Assembly (NCBI GenBank): GCA_951406725.2
Contig: OX597820.1
Coordinates: 29,946,001 to 30,010,000, forward strand
Origin: Octopus vulgaris
Taxonomy: Eukaryota
Length of the DNA: 64,000 bases
Reading direction: 5' to 3'
Under the pieces are notes generated by a model that did no database searches, had not been told where the DNA came from, and was given only the letters and a program-made list of their open reading frames with translations. Both the position numbers and the translations under genes were made by a program. Shown here piece by piece: positions 1-12,789 of this stretch; position 1 is the first letter of the stretch; every line of letters starts with the position of its first letter.

Positions 1-86
1 TCAATTGTTAATTTAAATAATATATATATATATATATATAACTTTGTGTGTGCGTGTATATGTGTGTTCGACTCCATTCTTTCATT

Positions 87-161
<75 letters not shown>

Positions 162-680
162 ATGCATGTATGTATGTATGTATGTATGTATGGATGGATG
201 GATGGATGGATGGATGGATGGGTGGATGGATGTATGTATGTATGTATGAATCATATGTCGTTGTCAGTTGGAGTTCATTATGCTTACCAGAGTTCGAGAA
301 AATGAATAAATACCGGGTGGATTTCATCTAAAACCCCAAGGCAGTGCCCCAGTATGGTCGCAATCCATTGACTGAAACAATTAAAAGATAAAAGATAACT
401 GGGTTTTCCTATTCGTCCCATTTCTATAGCCCCTCCCCCACCTCTCCCACTTCTTCGGGTGTATGGTGTAACGAGTAAACTATTTGCAGTGGTTGTAATA
501 TTGAGTTACAAAAATTTAAGACAAATTTTTTTATGTAACTAAAACGACAACAACCATTTGTAGTTGATGAAATTTTCCTGGTTCTAAAGAGGAAACCAAC
601 CCTTTAAACAAAGGGTGTTGGTTATGCAAAGAATGTCTAGTTAGTAACGGACAACAAAAACAACATCGACAATAATAATA

Positions 681-885
681 ATCCTTTCTACTAAAGGCAC
701 AAGTCCTGAAATTTCGGAGGAGGGGACTAGTCGATTACATCGACCCAGTGCTCGACTGGTACTTATTTTATCGACTCCGAAAGGATGAAATGCAAAGTTG
801 ACCTCGGCGGAATTTGAACTCAAAACCTAAAGGCAGGTGAAATGCTTCGCCCGGTATGCTAAGGATTCTGCCAGCACGCCACCTT
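681..885 (-). mobile_element. tRNA-derived SINE, family B
   Basis: Reverse complement reads ggcgtgctggcagaatcc...gagttcaaattccgccgaggtcaactttgcatttcatcctttcggagtcgataaaataagtaccag, with a B-box-like GTTCAAATTCC. Many copies occur in the window. Confidence 0.8.
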
Positions 886-892
886 ATGTTTT

Positions 893-1130
893 TCTTTTTT
901 CTTTACTACCCACAGGGGGCTAAACACAGAGGAGACAAACAAGGACAGACAAAGTGATTAAGTCGATTACATCGACCCCAGTGCGTAACTGGTACTTAAT
1001 TTATCGACCCCGAAAGGATGAAAGGCAAAGTCGACCTCGGCGGAATTTGAACTCGGAACGTAACGACAGACGAAATACCGGTAAGCATTTCGCCCGGCGC
1101 GCTAACGTTTCTGCCACCATGCCACCTTAA
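893..1130 (-). mobile_element. tRNA-derived SINE, family B (near full length)
   Basis: Same head and central block gcctttcatcctttcggggtcgataaattaagtacc, which resembles the Deu/Nin-type SINE central domain. Confidence 0.85.
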
Positions 1131-1184
1131 CATCATTACTAATAATAGATTCAAATTTTGGCACAGAACCAACGATTTTGTGAA

Positions 1185-1745
1185 AGAATACAAGACATGA
1201 CAGCCTAGGGAGAGTATTCCACTAGGATTTGACCATAGTGATAAATGGTATGTACATGAATCTAGTAAAGAAAGTAAGAAATATAAGATGTTGTGGGACT
1301 TAAACATTCAGACGGACAGAATAATAGAAGCTAGAAGGCCTGATTTAGTGGTAGTAGATAAAGAGAATAGAAAGTGCCAGTGACTTAACAGTCCCAAATG
1401 ATGAGAAAGTCAATATGGGAAGGAAGAGAACACAGCTATGTACCAGGACCTAGCCATTGAGTTACAGAGACTATGAAATGCGGGTAAAATGTATCCCTGT
1501 AGTTATAGGTGCATTAGGGACAATCCCCAAAGATTTGAACAAATGGAGAGAGAAAAGCGGCATAAAATGCAGTTTAGTACAACTCCAGGAAACAATGCTT
1601 TTAGGCACAGCTAGGATACTTAGAAGGGTGCTTGCCAGCTAAAATTACTTGTCGTAGCCCGGTGTTGGGATTTTATTCTTTCCCAACAGTCTAATCTGTT
1701 GAGTGTATATGAAATAATAAATAAATAAATAAATAAATAAATAAA
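1185..1745 (+). mobile_element. 5'-truncated non-LTR retrotransposon 3' end with restriction-like endonuclease (R4/Dong-like), decayed
   Basis: Translates with stops and frameshifts as RHD..., LWDLNIQTDRIIEARRPDLVVVDKE, ...IPVVIGALGTIPK...LLGTARILRRVL*, then a short UTR and a (TAAA)n tail at 1713-1745. Confidence 0.85.
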
Positions 1746-2856
1746 GTAGAGAGTAAAGAGTATTAACCTCGAAATACTCTGACAGCTGACAGGATGGACA
1801 AGTATCAAATTCTGTCATCGCACGAAACTAGTTAGCATTTGTGTGTGCATGCTTGTGTTTGTGTATATTCGTCTGTGTTCGTGAATGTGATACATGTTAG
1901 CATGTATTAAGAGGTTAAAGACTTGCGTGTGTTGACAATATGATGTATTAAACTTAGTATTATTGTTTATGGGCAAATATCAAAGTGTTGAATTGTGGTA
2001 TGACTGTATTTTGTTGGTGCCGTTAACCAAATAACATGACTACGATGTCAAGGTCTCATTATGAGATGTTTTCAAGAACTTTTGTGATTTTGTAGGTTTC
2101 TGGGCTTGACTTAGTCATATATAAATTACTCCTGCGCACAGAGCACTTCAGGAGTGTAGCGTAATGTCACATGAATGTGAATGTACCTAGTCATGTAATC
2201 ATCGAGCCATCTTGCCGTCGGTATGATATCGATTACAAGTGCTGCTGTACGGTTGAATGATCAAGAATTTCGCTTCACAACCCTGAGGTCACAGGTTCGG
2301 CCCCATTGCGTGACATTTTAGACTAGTGTCATTTTTCTTTAGCCACGTGTGAATAAAATTTGGTATATGGAAACTGCATAGAAGCCATCAAGTGGACTGT
2401 TTATGTAATTTAAAAGTGCAGCCTGGCCATACATTATGCCACGCTGATTCTTACAATAAGAGCATACGTCTCTTCAGAATACTCAACCATATCTAATTCA
2501 ATTCTATAAACAGGTAATTCAGATGGTCGAACAAGGGAACACATATCAAAGAAACCGAAGGAAATCCATCCTTATTTCTTCTATTTGTTTTTGCTGTCAA
2601 TATATCTGTCATTGACAGATATGTTAGAGAAACTTGACAGAAATAGCATTTTTTCTTTAAACCACTCGTCTAAAGAAAGGACACATTGAATAGTGTAGTT
2701 GAGGTAGACTATATCTGAAAAAAAAAGTAATGGTATTATTGCGGTTTTGAACAACTTTGAGCAAAGCTTCTTCGCCCGATAATAGATTATTGAAGCCAAC
2801 CAACATTAACAACATCATCACCACCACCACCACCACAACAACAACCATCATCACTT

Positions 2857-2915
<59 letters not shown>

Positions 2916-2942
2916 GCTATTACTACTACTGCTGCTGCTATT

Positions 2943-3296
2943 ACTCTTTTACTTGTTTCAGTCATTTGACAGTGGCCATGCTGGAACACCGCCTTTAGAC
3001 GAGCAAATCGACCCCAGGGCTTATTCTTTATAAGCCTAGTACTTTTTCTATCGGTCTCTTTTGCTGAAACGTTAAGTTACGGGGACGTAAACACACCAGC
3101 ATCGGTTGTCAAGCGATGTTGGGAGGACAAACACAGACACACAAACATATACACACACATACATATATACGACGGGCGTTTTTCAGTTTCCGTCTAACAA
3201 TTCCACTCACAAGGCTTTGGTCGGCCCGAGACTATAGCAGAAGACACTTGCCCAAGGAACCATGTGGTTCGTAAGCAAGCTACTTACCACACAGCC
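2943..3296 (-). mobile_element. tRNA-derived SINE, family A
   Basis: Matches the family consensus ggctgtgtggtaagtagcttgct...ccttgggcaagtgtcttc...gactgaaacaagtaaaagag, with an internal (TA/TG)n tract. Confidence 0.9.
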
Positions 3297-3353
<57 letters not shown>

Positions 3354-3354
<1 letters not shown>

Positions 3355-3911
3355 GATCCCCTGATGCAGTACCAGGCAGTGGCTCTCATGGCTTCTGATC
3401 TTAACTGATTGGAAGTGTTATCATGTACATTGTTTTGTCTTGATATAAAAGATGGGATACAGCAAATATTCTGCTCAATACCACAGATTTGCTTGTCAGT
3501 TGTTTGACCGTAACCAGTTGAGCATGTCCTTTTGTGGCTGACGATATGTGCATCTCTGATCACGAGCAGAAGTAGTGGGGGAGCATCATAGCCATGTGTT
3601 GAGAGGGATTCTTTGGGGTTTGAATAATTCGCCTCTGGAAACATGGGTGTTTCATTCAACATCCTTAAACAACCCTTATTCAGGGACCTTTTGAGTGAGA
3701 TGGGCAACTCGACCAGAAGAAAATTCTAACTGGGCCCCACCTGCAAGGTCATGTTCTATTTATCTTCATATGAGATCACCATGTCGCGCACATATGCTTG
3801 TGATGCATGTGCCTAGTGTACCCTTATCAGACGGGTAGTCATGATGGGTATGTTGGGCTTCATATATTTTACCCCAGTGTCACTTTGATGGCATGCACTG
3901 CTCTCTCACTC
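3354..3911 (+). mobile_element. Non-coding ~560 bp repeat (family C) embedded in (AAT)n
   Basis: Flanked by (AAT)n on both sides and ends ...gcactgctctctcactca(ata)n. Homologous to 3926-4411 and, inverted, to 58179-59244. Confidence 0.8.
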
Positions 3912-3925
3912 AATAATAATAATAA

Positions 3926-4411
3926 AAAGTGTTATCATGTACATTTTTTGTCATGATATAAAAGATGGGCTACAGCAAATATTCTGCTCAATACCACAGA
4001 TTTGCTTGTCAGTTGTTTGACCTTAACCAGTTGAGCATGTCCCTTATGTGCATCTCTGATCACGAGCAGAAGTAGTGGGGGAGCATCATAGCCATGTGTT
4101 GAGAGGGAATCTTTGGGGTTTGAATAATTCACCTCTGGAAACATGGGTGGTTCTTTCAACATCCTTAAACAACCCTTATTCAGGGACCTTTTGGGCGGGA
4201 TGTGCTACTCAACCTGAAGAAAATTCTAACTGGGCCCCACCTGCAAGGTCATGCGGTATTTATCTTCATATGAGATCACCATGTCGCGCACATATGGTTG
4301 TGATGCATGTGCCTAGTGTAACCTTATCAGACGGGTAGTCATGATGGGCATACTGGGCTTCGTATATTTTACCCCAGTGTCACTTTGATGGCATGCACTG
4401 CTCTCTCACTC
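3926..4411 (+). mobile_element. Family C, 5'-truncated tandem copy
   Basis: Near-identical to about 3413-3911 and followed by (CAA)n(AAT)n. Confidence 0.8.
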
Positions 4412-4442
4412 AACAACAACAACAACAACAACAACAATAATG

Positions 4443-4500
<58 letters not shown>

Positions 4501-4923
4501 TGATGATGCAACCATCACTATTAATACTATTATTACTGAGACATGAGAGCCAATAAAAGAGCCTCGACGTAACTGTTTGACATGCTTGAAATAATAACTA
4601 AATATCTTATCCTATTTAGTCGCAGATCTCTACGTTCTGAACTCCAGATCGTACCGAGGTAAACTACAACTTCGAACCTTTACAGACTGGAGTTGCTTGG
4701 TAGAAAAAAAAAGATACGAGAGTGCTCAATGAGTATGGTGCTGAGCTAATCAGCGTCACTCATCAATCAAAATCTGAGGCCACGTACTTGTATAATAGAT
4801 CGATGTTACAGAATAGACAAAGTACAGGGACTGAAAGAGTATTTGAGATATTCTGACACATGACACCTGACACATGTGTGGACTTCTGTTATAACACAGT
4901 TTAGCCAATATGTGTGTGCACTT

Positions 4924-4973
<50 letters not shown>

Positions 4974-5379
4974 GTGTGCGTGTGTGTGTATGTGTGTGCG
5001 TGTGTGTGTGTGCGTGTGTATGTGTGTGTGTGTGTCAAGAAATCCCATTAAAAATCTTGTTACATATCTCTCGTCCGCGAAAGTAATTAAAGCGTATCAT
5101 GTTATAGGTACATGATCCGCACTTATGTCTCTGTGTATGTACGTCCGTGTGTGTGTGAGTGTGTGAGTATGTGTTGTGTGTGTGTGTGCGTGAGTACGTG
5201 TGTAGTGGTGCGCTGAGAGATTTTTGCGTGTGTGTATATATCAAAATGACTGGTGTGATTATGTGTCCGTGTATATGTGTGCCTAACTCTCTATAGGCGA
5301 GCGTGTGTATCCAAGTGTGCAGTGAGACTCAGTATATGTATGAACTATCACACACACACACATACGCACATATACACAG

Positions 5380-5464
<85 letters not shown>

Positions 5465-5628
5465 GCAAAAACCAAAGGTGCAGAAAGAAGACAGGCATGA
5501 TTTGCAAAGGTTAGTAGGGCTGGTGCAAGACACGCGATTATCAGTAATCAGATCAGATTAACCGATTATGTTAATTCTCGCAATCTGCTGCATTCTAAGA
5601 CAAATCGTTATGCATATATATATATATG

Positions 5629-5722
<94 letters not shown>

Positions 5723-5765
5723 TATGCATATATGTGTACATAGACACACACAAACACACATACAT

Positions 5766-5817
<52 letters not shown>

Positions 5818-5864
5818 GCATACATACAAACACACACATATATTTATATATTTATTTATACGCA

Positions 5865-5909
<45 letters not shown>

Positions 5910-6486
5910 CACACTATAATTTTGACCATATATGGTAAGAATGAAATGGATAAATAACAGTGTTTAGTGTCAGTCACAAATGAAGGTCACAATGAAAAAA
6001 GATTTAAAATATATAGGACATTTCTCTGAAGGTGAGAGTTAACAAGAATAGAGTTCATTCATTCATGTATCGTTTAACATTCACATTGAGAATAATGATA
6101 TGCACACATACAAACATGCATACATACATACATACATACATACATACATACATACATACATACATACATGCATACATAAATACATATATACATACATACA
6201 TGCGTGCATGCAGACACAGACACAGACACACAGACACACACACATATATGTATGCATGCATGCATGTATGAATATGCATACATACATACATACATACATA
6301 CATACATACATACATACATACATACATGCATACATACATATATACATGCGTGCATGCAGACACAGACACAGACACACATACACACACACATATATGTATA
6401 TGCATGCATGTATGAATGTACATACATACATACATACATACATACATACATAATACATACATACATACACACATACACATACACAC

Positions 6487-6568
<82 letters not shown>

Positions 6569-6606
6569 GGACTAAGAGGAGAAGGAACACATATGAGGAC
6601 GGAAAA

Positions 6607-6651
6607 TGTCGCTGAAGAGGTCACAGATATGTGACTAAAGATTTCCGGACA
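6607..6651 (+). ncRNA. Degenerate type I hammerhead motif in a (TA)n-adjacent pseudo-LTR-like fragment
   Basis: tgtcg CTGAAGA g gtcaca-gata-tgtgac TAAA gatt TC cggaca. G12 is replaced by T. Confidence 0.45.
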
Positions 6652-6750
6652 ATGGACGTGAGTTAAAATAAGAACAGCAATAAACGAGTGAAGAACGAGT
6701 ATATAGTGCGTGTGTTTATCTGGCAAAGAACAGAACATCATCCTGAAATA

Positions 6751-6874
6751 CAACCACATGGTTCCGGGTTCAGTCCCACTGTGTGGCACCTTGGGCAATT
6801 GTCTTCTACTATAGCATCGGGCCGACCAAAGCCTTTGAGTGGATTTGGTTGAGAGAAACTGAAAGAAGCTTGTC

Positions 6875-6954
<80 letters not shown>

Positions 6955-7150
6955 TAAACCCCCCCCCACCATCGCTTGACAACCGATGTTGGTGTATTTA
7001 CCTCCCCCGTAACTTAGCGTTTCGGCAAAGAGACCAAAAGAATAGGTACTAGGCTTACAAAGAATAAGTCCTGGGTCGATTTGTTCAACTAAAGGCAGTA
7101 TTCCAGCATGGCTGCAGTCAAATGACTGAAACAAGTAAAAGAGTAAAAGA
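6751..7150 (+). mobile_element. SINE family A (5'-truncated)
   Basis: Homology to the other family A copies. Confidence 0.9.
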
Positions 7151-7217
<67 letters not shown>

Positions 7218-7343
7218 GTTGTGTCTGGAGAGAGTCATTCTCATTTGGTGCTACTATAACCTCGGGCCGACCAAAGCCTTGTGAGTGGATTTGGTAGACA
7301 GAAACTGGAAGAAGCCCGTCATATATATTGATGTGTGTGTGTT

Positions 7344-7380
<37 letters not shown>

Positions 7381-7460
7381 AATTGCAGCGTGGGAGGTGT
7401 TTATAAGCCATTTAAGAAACACACAAAAGCCGTTCGATTCACTCCAACATTTAAGTTTAA

Positions 7461-7510
7461 TTTGTCAAAATATTTTCGTCGCTAAAATCCGCGACCTGTT
7501 CACTGACAAA
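7461..7510 (-). ncRNA. Variant type I hammerhead (G3-C8 core) in the PLE 3' pseudo-LTR
   Basis: tttgtca GTGAACA g gtcgc-ggatttta-gcgac GAAA atat TT tgacaaa: 7-bp stem I, 5-bp stem II, palindromic stem III. Confidence 0.7.
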
Positions 7511-8462
7511 GTCCGTGCTGCATCTAAGAAAGTAACAGTTAGTTCGTCATATATATGTATGTACGTATGTATGTGTGTATGTATGCATACATGTGTGTAT
7601 GTACGTATGTATTCATGTCCGCACATACGCCTGTGTATGCATGTATTTATGTATGTATGTATATATGTATGTGTGTGTATAAGCACGCACATACACTCTA
7701 TAAAACATAAAGTTATAAACCTGTAGCGATGGATGGATGTAGAGTGACCACTCATCACAACGCTATCAAATTTCAACTCCCTACGGCCGAGGCTAGAAAG
7801 TGAATTTATGACGCTTGCTCACAAGAACTATACCCTAAAATCTATTATCAGATTTTTATCTCTATATCACAGAACTAATGTTTTACTATTGTTCGTATGT
7901 ATGTATGTATGTGCGTATGTATGTATGTATGTATGTATGTATGTATGTATGTATGTACATACGTACGCATGTGCGTATGTATGTATACGCGCCCGTATGC
8001 ATGTGCCCATGTATGTGTGTGTGTACATGTACGTGCGTATGTACGTGTGTATGCCCATACGTAGGTATGTATGTATGTTTGTATTCATGTGCTACGTATG
8101 TATGTGAGTGTCTAGGAGAATGGGCAGATGTGTCCGTGAGAGTGTGTACATGTGTATGTGTATGTGAACGTATGTCCGTGTACTGGCATGTGTCCGTCCA
8201 AGTTGTGTACATGACTGTTACTTAGCTGAAGGTTGTATACATATTTACATATATGTTTGTATAGACGCACACACATATATATATATATGTGTGTGGGTGT
8301 GTGTTTGTTCCTCTCATCGTCGTCTAACCGTGAATGGGTACAACGCCTAGGTGCGACTGTTCGTATCAAACAACGTCTGCTCATACCGTTGTATATAACT
8401 GCACATACGCATTGCAACCTGTATGTAAGGACTACAGGTGAAAGGGAGAGAGAGAGGGGTGG

Positions 8463-9692
8463 TTATAGAATAGTCCTTCTGAATGGGATCTGGATGTTAT
8501 TCCATTCGGACTTTCGGTTGAGAGTAGGTTTGTATTCTTGTATACAAACAGCTTCTGTGACCTGTCTCAACATTGCATCGGTGGGATGTGTAGATAGGAT
8601 GTTCAACTTAAGCTCCCCTAAGGATCCCTTGTGGCAGTCTACAGCATGTTGGTAGAAGATGGAGTTTGGCTTCCTTTCAATGTAGTTGTCCAGGTGTTCT
8701 TTGAACCTATCATTGATGCTTCTAGAGGTCTCACCTATGTATGACTCCGGGTTAGCCGCGCAAGCTCCCTCCTGGCACTTAATCTGGTATACAGTGCCCT
8801 TGGTTTTACAATTTACGTGTGGATTTGTCGAACACACTGCACAATTACTCTGACAGGTGATTCTATCAAATGGATATGATCTGCATAATGCCGATTTGAT
8901 AGTCCTACCTGTCTTTTCTACAACTTTAACTTTTAGGCCCGTAGTGCGCAGGACTTTCTTGAATGCCTTACTTAGCTCGTTCATAGGTGTGGCGTCAACG
9001 AACATCACTCCGTGAAATCTCCTGTTATCGTACCAAGTAACGTTTCTCATCTTTTTGTTGGTGTCCCTCTCTAACCTATTCCAGAACTTGTTGCGGTACA
9101 GGGGGCATATACCGTTTTCGTCGTTCCCTAGAATGCGTTCGAATCTAGCTTTCGCTCCTTTGTACACCCTGACTCTATCGTCTTGTGTGTATCCGGAACG
9201 TTGCATTCGGAATATGTAGTGCTGGATGTGTTGTTGTCGTTCTTGTGGTTGGCATAGTGGTGATACATTCCTCATTACTCTAACTAAGTCTGCCACTAGG
9301 ATGTTGAGTTTGGCAGTATCCGACACAGCTGAGTCACTACGGATTACTAGTGGATTAGCCATCGGTTTCTGATAGTGTGAGTGGAGTATACATGGTTTAA
9401 TGGTACCATTAACTATAGCGTCTTCCATCCATAGCTCAGTATCTAGGACGGGTAATCGTTTACTGGGGTGTCTAGAGGGGTAGTCTATGGTAAGTTTTAT
9501 ACTGCTGTGGATAGAGTCAGCTATGTGTTGTATAGATGTCATCACCTGTTCTTCACTTGGTAGAGGGCCCATAACTGTGTCTGTATTACATTTCACAACA
9601 AGGTTAATGTCGTCGACGTAACGAGAGTACATAGCCAAGTGGATGTTACGGTTTGCTAGGCACTGTTTAAAACGCTTGTCCCACCATACCAC
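8463..9692 (-). CDS. PLE protein, partial: C-terminal part of reverse transcriptase, thumb, Cys-rich linker and GIY-YIG endonuclease
   Basis: YSRYVDDINLVV, LPVLD, C..C..C linker, GTVYQIKC...SYIGETSRSINDRFKEH, YQHAVDCH, EAVCI...PTLN. About 410 codons with no stop. The extension of this ORF to 10016 is read-through of the inverted pseudo-LTR. Confidence 0.9.
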   Translation of the reverse strand: MVWWDKRFKQCLANRNIHLAMYSRYVDDINLVVKCNTDTVMGPLPSEEQVMTSIQHIADSIHSSIKLTIDYPSRHPSKRLPVLDTELWMEDAIVNGTIKPCILHSHYQKPMANPLVIRSDSAVSDTAKLNILVADLVRVMRNVSPLCQPQERQQHIQHYIFRMQRSGYTQDDRVRVYKGAKARFERILGNDENGICPLYRNKFWNRLERDTNKKMRNVTWYDNRRFHGVMFVDATPMNELSKAFKKVLRTTGLKVKVVEKTGRTIKSALCRSYPFDRITCQSNCAVCSTNPHVNCKTKGTVYQIKCQEGACAANPESYIGETSRSINDRFKEHLDNYIERKPNSIFYQHAVDCHKGSLGELKLNILSTHPTDAMLRQVTEAVCIQEYKPTLNRKSEWNNIQIPFRRTIL

Positions 9693-9902
9693 GTATGGTG
9701 GGACAAGCGTGGGACATACCACGTATGGTGGGACACACATACATATATACATACATACATACATACATACATGCATACACAGGCGTATGTGCGGACATGA
9801 ATACGTACATACATACACACATGTATGCATACATACACACATACATACGTACATACATATATATGACGAACTAACTGTTACTTTCTTAGATGCAGCACGG
9901 AC

Positions 9903-9952
9903 TTTGTCAGTGAACAGGTCGCGGATTTTAGCGACGAAAATATTTTGACAAA
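9903..9952 (+). ncRNA. Second copy of the G3-C8 hammerhead variant (inverted pseudo-LTR)
   Basis: Identical to the reverse complement of 7461-7510. Confidence 0.7.
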
Positions 9953-10090
9953 TTAAACTTAAATGTTGGAGTGAATTGAACGGCTTTTGTGTGTTTCTTA
10001 AATGGCTTATAAACACCTCCCACGCTGCAATTGTTTTCGTTTCAGCACACGATCTCAGATCAAATTACTTGCTATGCGAGTACATCTCCG

Positions 10091-10124
<34 letters not shown>

Positions 10125-10167
10125 CAGCTCCAGGATATATTTCTTAAGCAGAGTATTTACTGATTAC

Positions 10168-10205
<38 letters not shown>

Positions 10206-11281
10206 AATCAGTAAATACTCTTCTTAAGAAATATATCCTGGAGCTGATTTTTTTTACTAAGAACCCTTCTAAACGGTGCTTCAAGATGGCTGCAGCCAAG
10301 TGACTGTAACAAAAAAAATGAATAAAAGAACATACATTTATACAGACAGAGATATACAATGCTTTTGCCAAGTTTCTCTCACAAGGCATTGATTAAGGCG
10401 AAGTTCATAGTTGGTGACAATTGCCCAAAGTGGAGCGAATTATAATAGGACACACAATAACCACGTGACACGCAGTTGTGAAACCAAACTTTAGTCATCC
10501 ACATGGCTGCTCCTATATGATTTTTTTTCTATTGCTTAGTCAGCAGAGGAAGAGAATTGCCCTCTGCAGAGCTTCCAAGACTGATAAAAGAAAGAGGTGG
10601 GGCGGATGTGACATAGATTGGTGCAGGAAGAAACCTTTGAACGAGGGTTTACACTAATGTGTACTAAAGCGGGATCGATTTCATTTGCCTATGCCCCTTG
10701 GAAGATACAAAAGCGGGTAGCCAAACGATTTTATTGTTTACCACTCATTAATTGACAGACACATCGTTATTTTTAACCGTAAACATAAAACCAGTGGACC
10801 GATTACCTTTGCGTTGCGCCTTGTATGGACTATAGTCAAACGAAATGGCATTTGTTAAAATGTACTCACGAACAATGCCGTCTTAAGGCATGGGCACACT
10901 GGGTACTTACTCAGGCCTATGGACTCGATGTCAATCTATGTATGCAGTAATTGTGTTTAGAGAAGGTCCCAGGTCATGACTTTGCTTGGGAGTCTCTAAT
11001 TCTGTTGAGGTGACCTTGCTCGCGTGTTGAAAGGCTTAGACCATATGAAAACCGAAAATAGTTTGCTAAAAGCAACGGGGATAAATCGCCTGAGCTATGT
11101 AATATAGAACATCTATAAACTACTGAATAGGTGGCTTTAAAGAAAAGTTTAAAGAAAAGAGGCCACCAATGTATGATAACATTTGTGTTTGAAATTGCGA
11201 CTCATAACTTCCAGTTTCACTCTCGTCAAACATTTTTAGGGTGTTTGTGTGTATTGCTGGAGGTAATGTTGCATGTTGCTA

Positions 11282-11490
11282 AAGCGGTGAGCTGACAGAA
11301 TCGTTAGCATGCCGGGCAGCGGCATTTCGTCCGTCTTTAGGTTCCGAGTTCAAATTCCACCGAGGTCGACTTTGCCTTTCATCCTTTCCAAGTCGCTAAA
11401 AATAAATACCAGTTAATCACTGGGGTCGATGTAGTAGACTTATCCCCTCCTACCCACGAAACTGCTGCCCATGTGCCAAAATCTGAAACC
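11282..11490 (+). mobile_element. SINE family B
   Basis: gcggtgagctgacagaatcgttagc...gagttcaaattccaccgaggtcgactttgcctttcatcc. Confidence 0.8.
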
Positions 11491-11530
11491 AACGCTGCTT
11501 GCTGCTGACCTATGAGGATGTTGTACGAGT

Positions 11531-11600
<70 letters not shown>

Positions 11601-11609
11601 GGTGGTGTC

Positions 11610-11663
<54 letters not shown>

Positions 11664-11791
11664 TGTCGTACGCGTTCCCCAAGGTCTTCTTTATGTTGGT
11701 CACATTATGTTCCACCCATTAATTAATCAACTCAAACATTTCTTATCTAACTTCCGGTATCTCCCACCACTCTCTCAGTCTGTCTGTCTAT

Positions 11792-11831
<40 letters not shown>

Positions 11832-11979
11832 CTCTCTCTCTCTTTCTCTTTATTCATTTATCTATTTATTTATGTATCTCACCATTGTCTTCTTGCCTAT
11901 CCTATAAGCTGAATTAATTGACACCCATCGACTCTCCCTCGTTACGAAAATTTTAGAGATTGTGTGTGTGCGTGTGTGT

Positions 11980-12011
<32 letters not shown>

Positions 12012-12789
12012 ATGCGTACGCAAGTGTTCATGCAAGTCTGTGTGTATTTATATATGTATAAATATGTGTGTGTATATATATCATGTGTATATACATATCC
12101 ATATATGTACACACACAAGCACATACAAACTTACACACACATACATTCCTTCACACTCACAAAGGAATGTATGAATATATGTATGCTCGTATGTACGTAT
12201 GTATATATATGTAGTATGTATCCATCGTGTGTATGTCTGTATGTATGCGTGTGTAATATTTTCTTACAATATATGGTGTGGGTGTTAGTGTTACATCATA
12301 ACAAGGAGGCTCACCACCACCGCAGCGCCACCACCGCTAGTTATTGTTTGTTACCCACAATCCAAGCAAGCAATGACGGACACAAATACAATGACAACCA
12401 CCAGATTGACAGACAGACAAAACACACACACACACACACGCACACACATACATACATACATACATACATACATACATACATACATACATACATACATACA
12501 TACATACATTAATAGATAGATAGACACATGCCTCTGTGCGTATGTATGCATCTCTGTAGACATGTATGTGTGGATGTGCGCGCGTGTATATATATATTAT
12601 ATATATACATACACACACACATATATATATACATACGTAAATGTATGTGTGCGTATACATACATACATACATGCATACGTACATGAATATATACATAGAT
12701 ACATGAATATATACATAGATACATACACACATATATAAATATATATAATAATATATCGACCCCAAGGAATGCGCAGAACTCATTGCCGA

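Larger units (their letters stand above)
7378..10092 (-). mobile_element. Penelope-like element, 5'-truncated, with an inverted pseudo-LTR copy, inserted in (TA)n
   Basis: RT plus GIY-YIG ORF on the minus strand. 7378-7675 is repeated in inverted orientation at 9733-10035, followed by an unpaired ~57 nt extension. (TA)n lies on both flanks. Confidence 0.92.

Noticed and set aside
3354-3420. Possible HDV-like ribozyme at the start of family C (ccaggcagt/actgattgg pairing)
   Set aside because: I could not assign P1, P1.1 and P4 in the available length.
6055-7422. 455-aa ORF and the many YVCM/HTYI/IYIY ORFs throughout the track
   Set aside because: These are stop-free translations of microsatellites joined to SINE sequence, not genes.
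9693-10016. N-terminal 108 aa of the 517-aa ORF
   Set aside because: Chance read-through of the inverted pseudo-LTR and microsatellite. The same peptide appears at 7397-7726.
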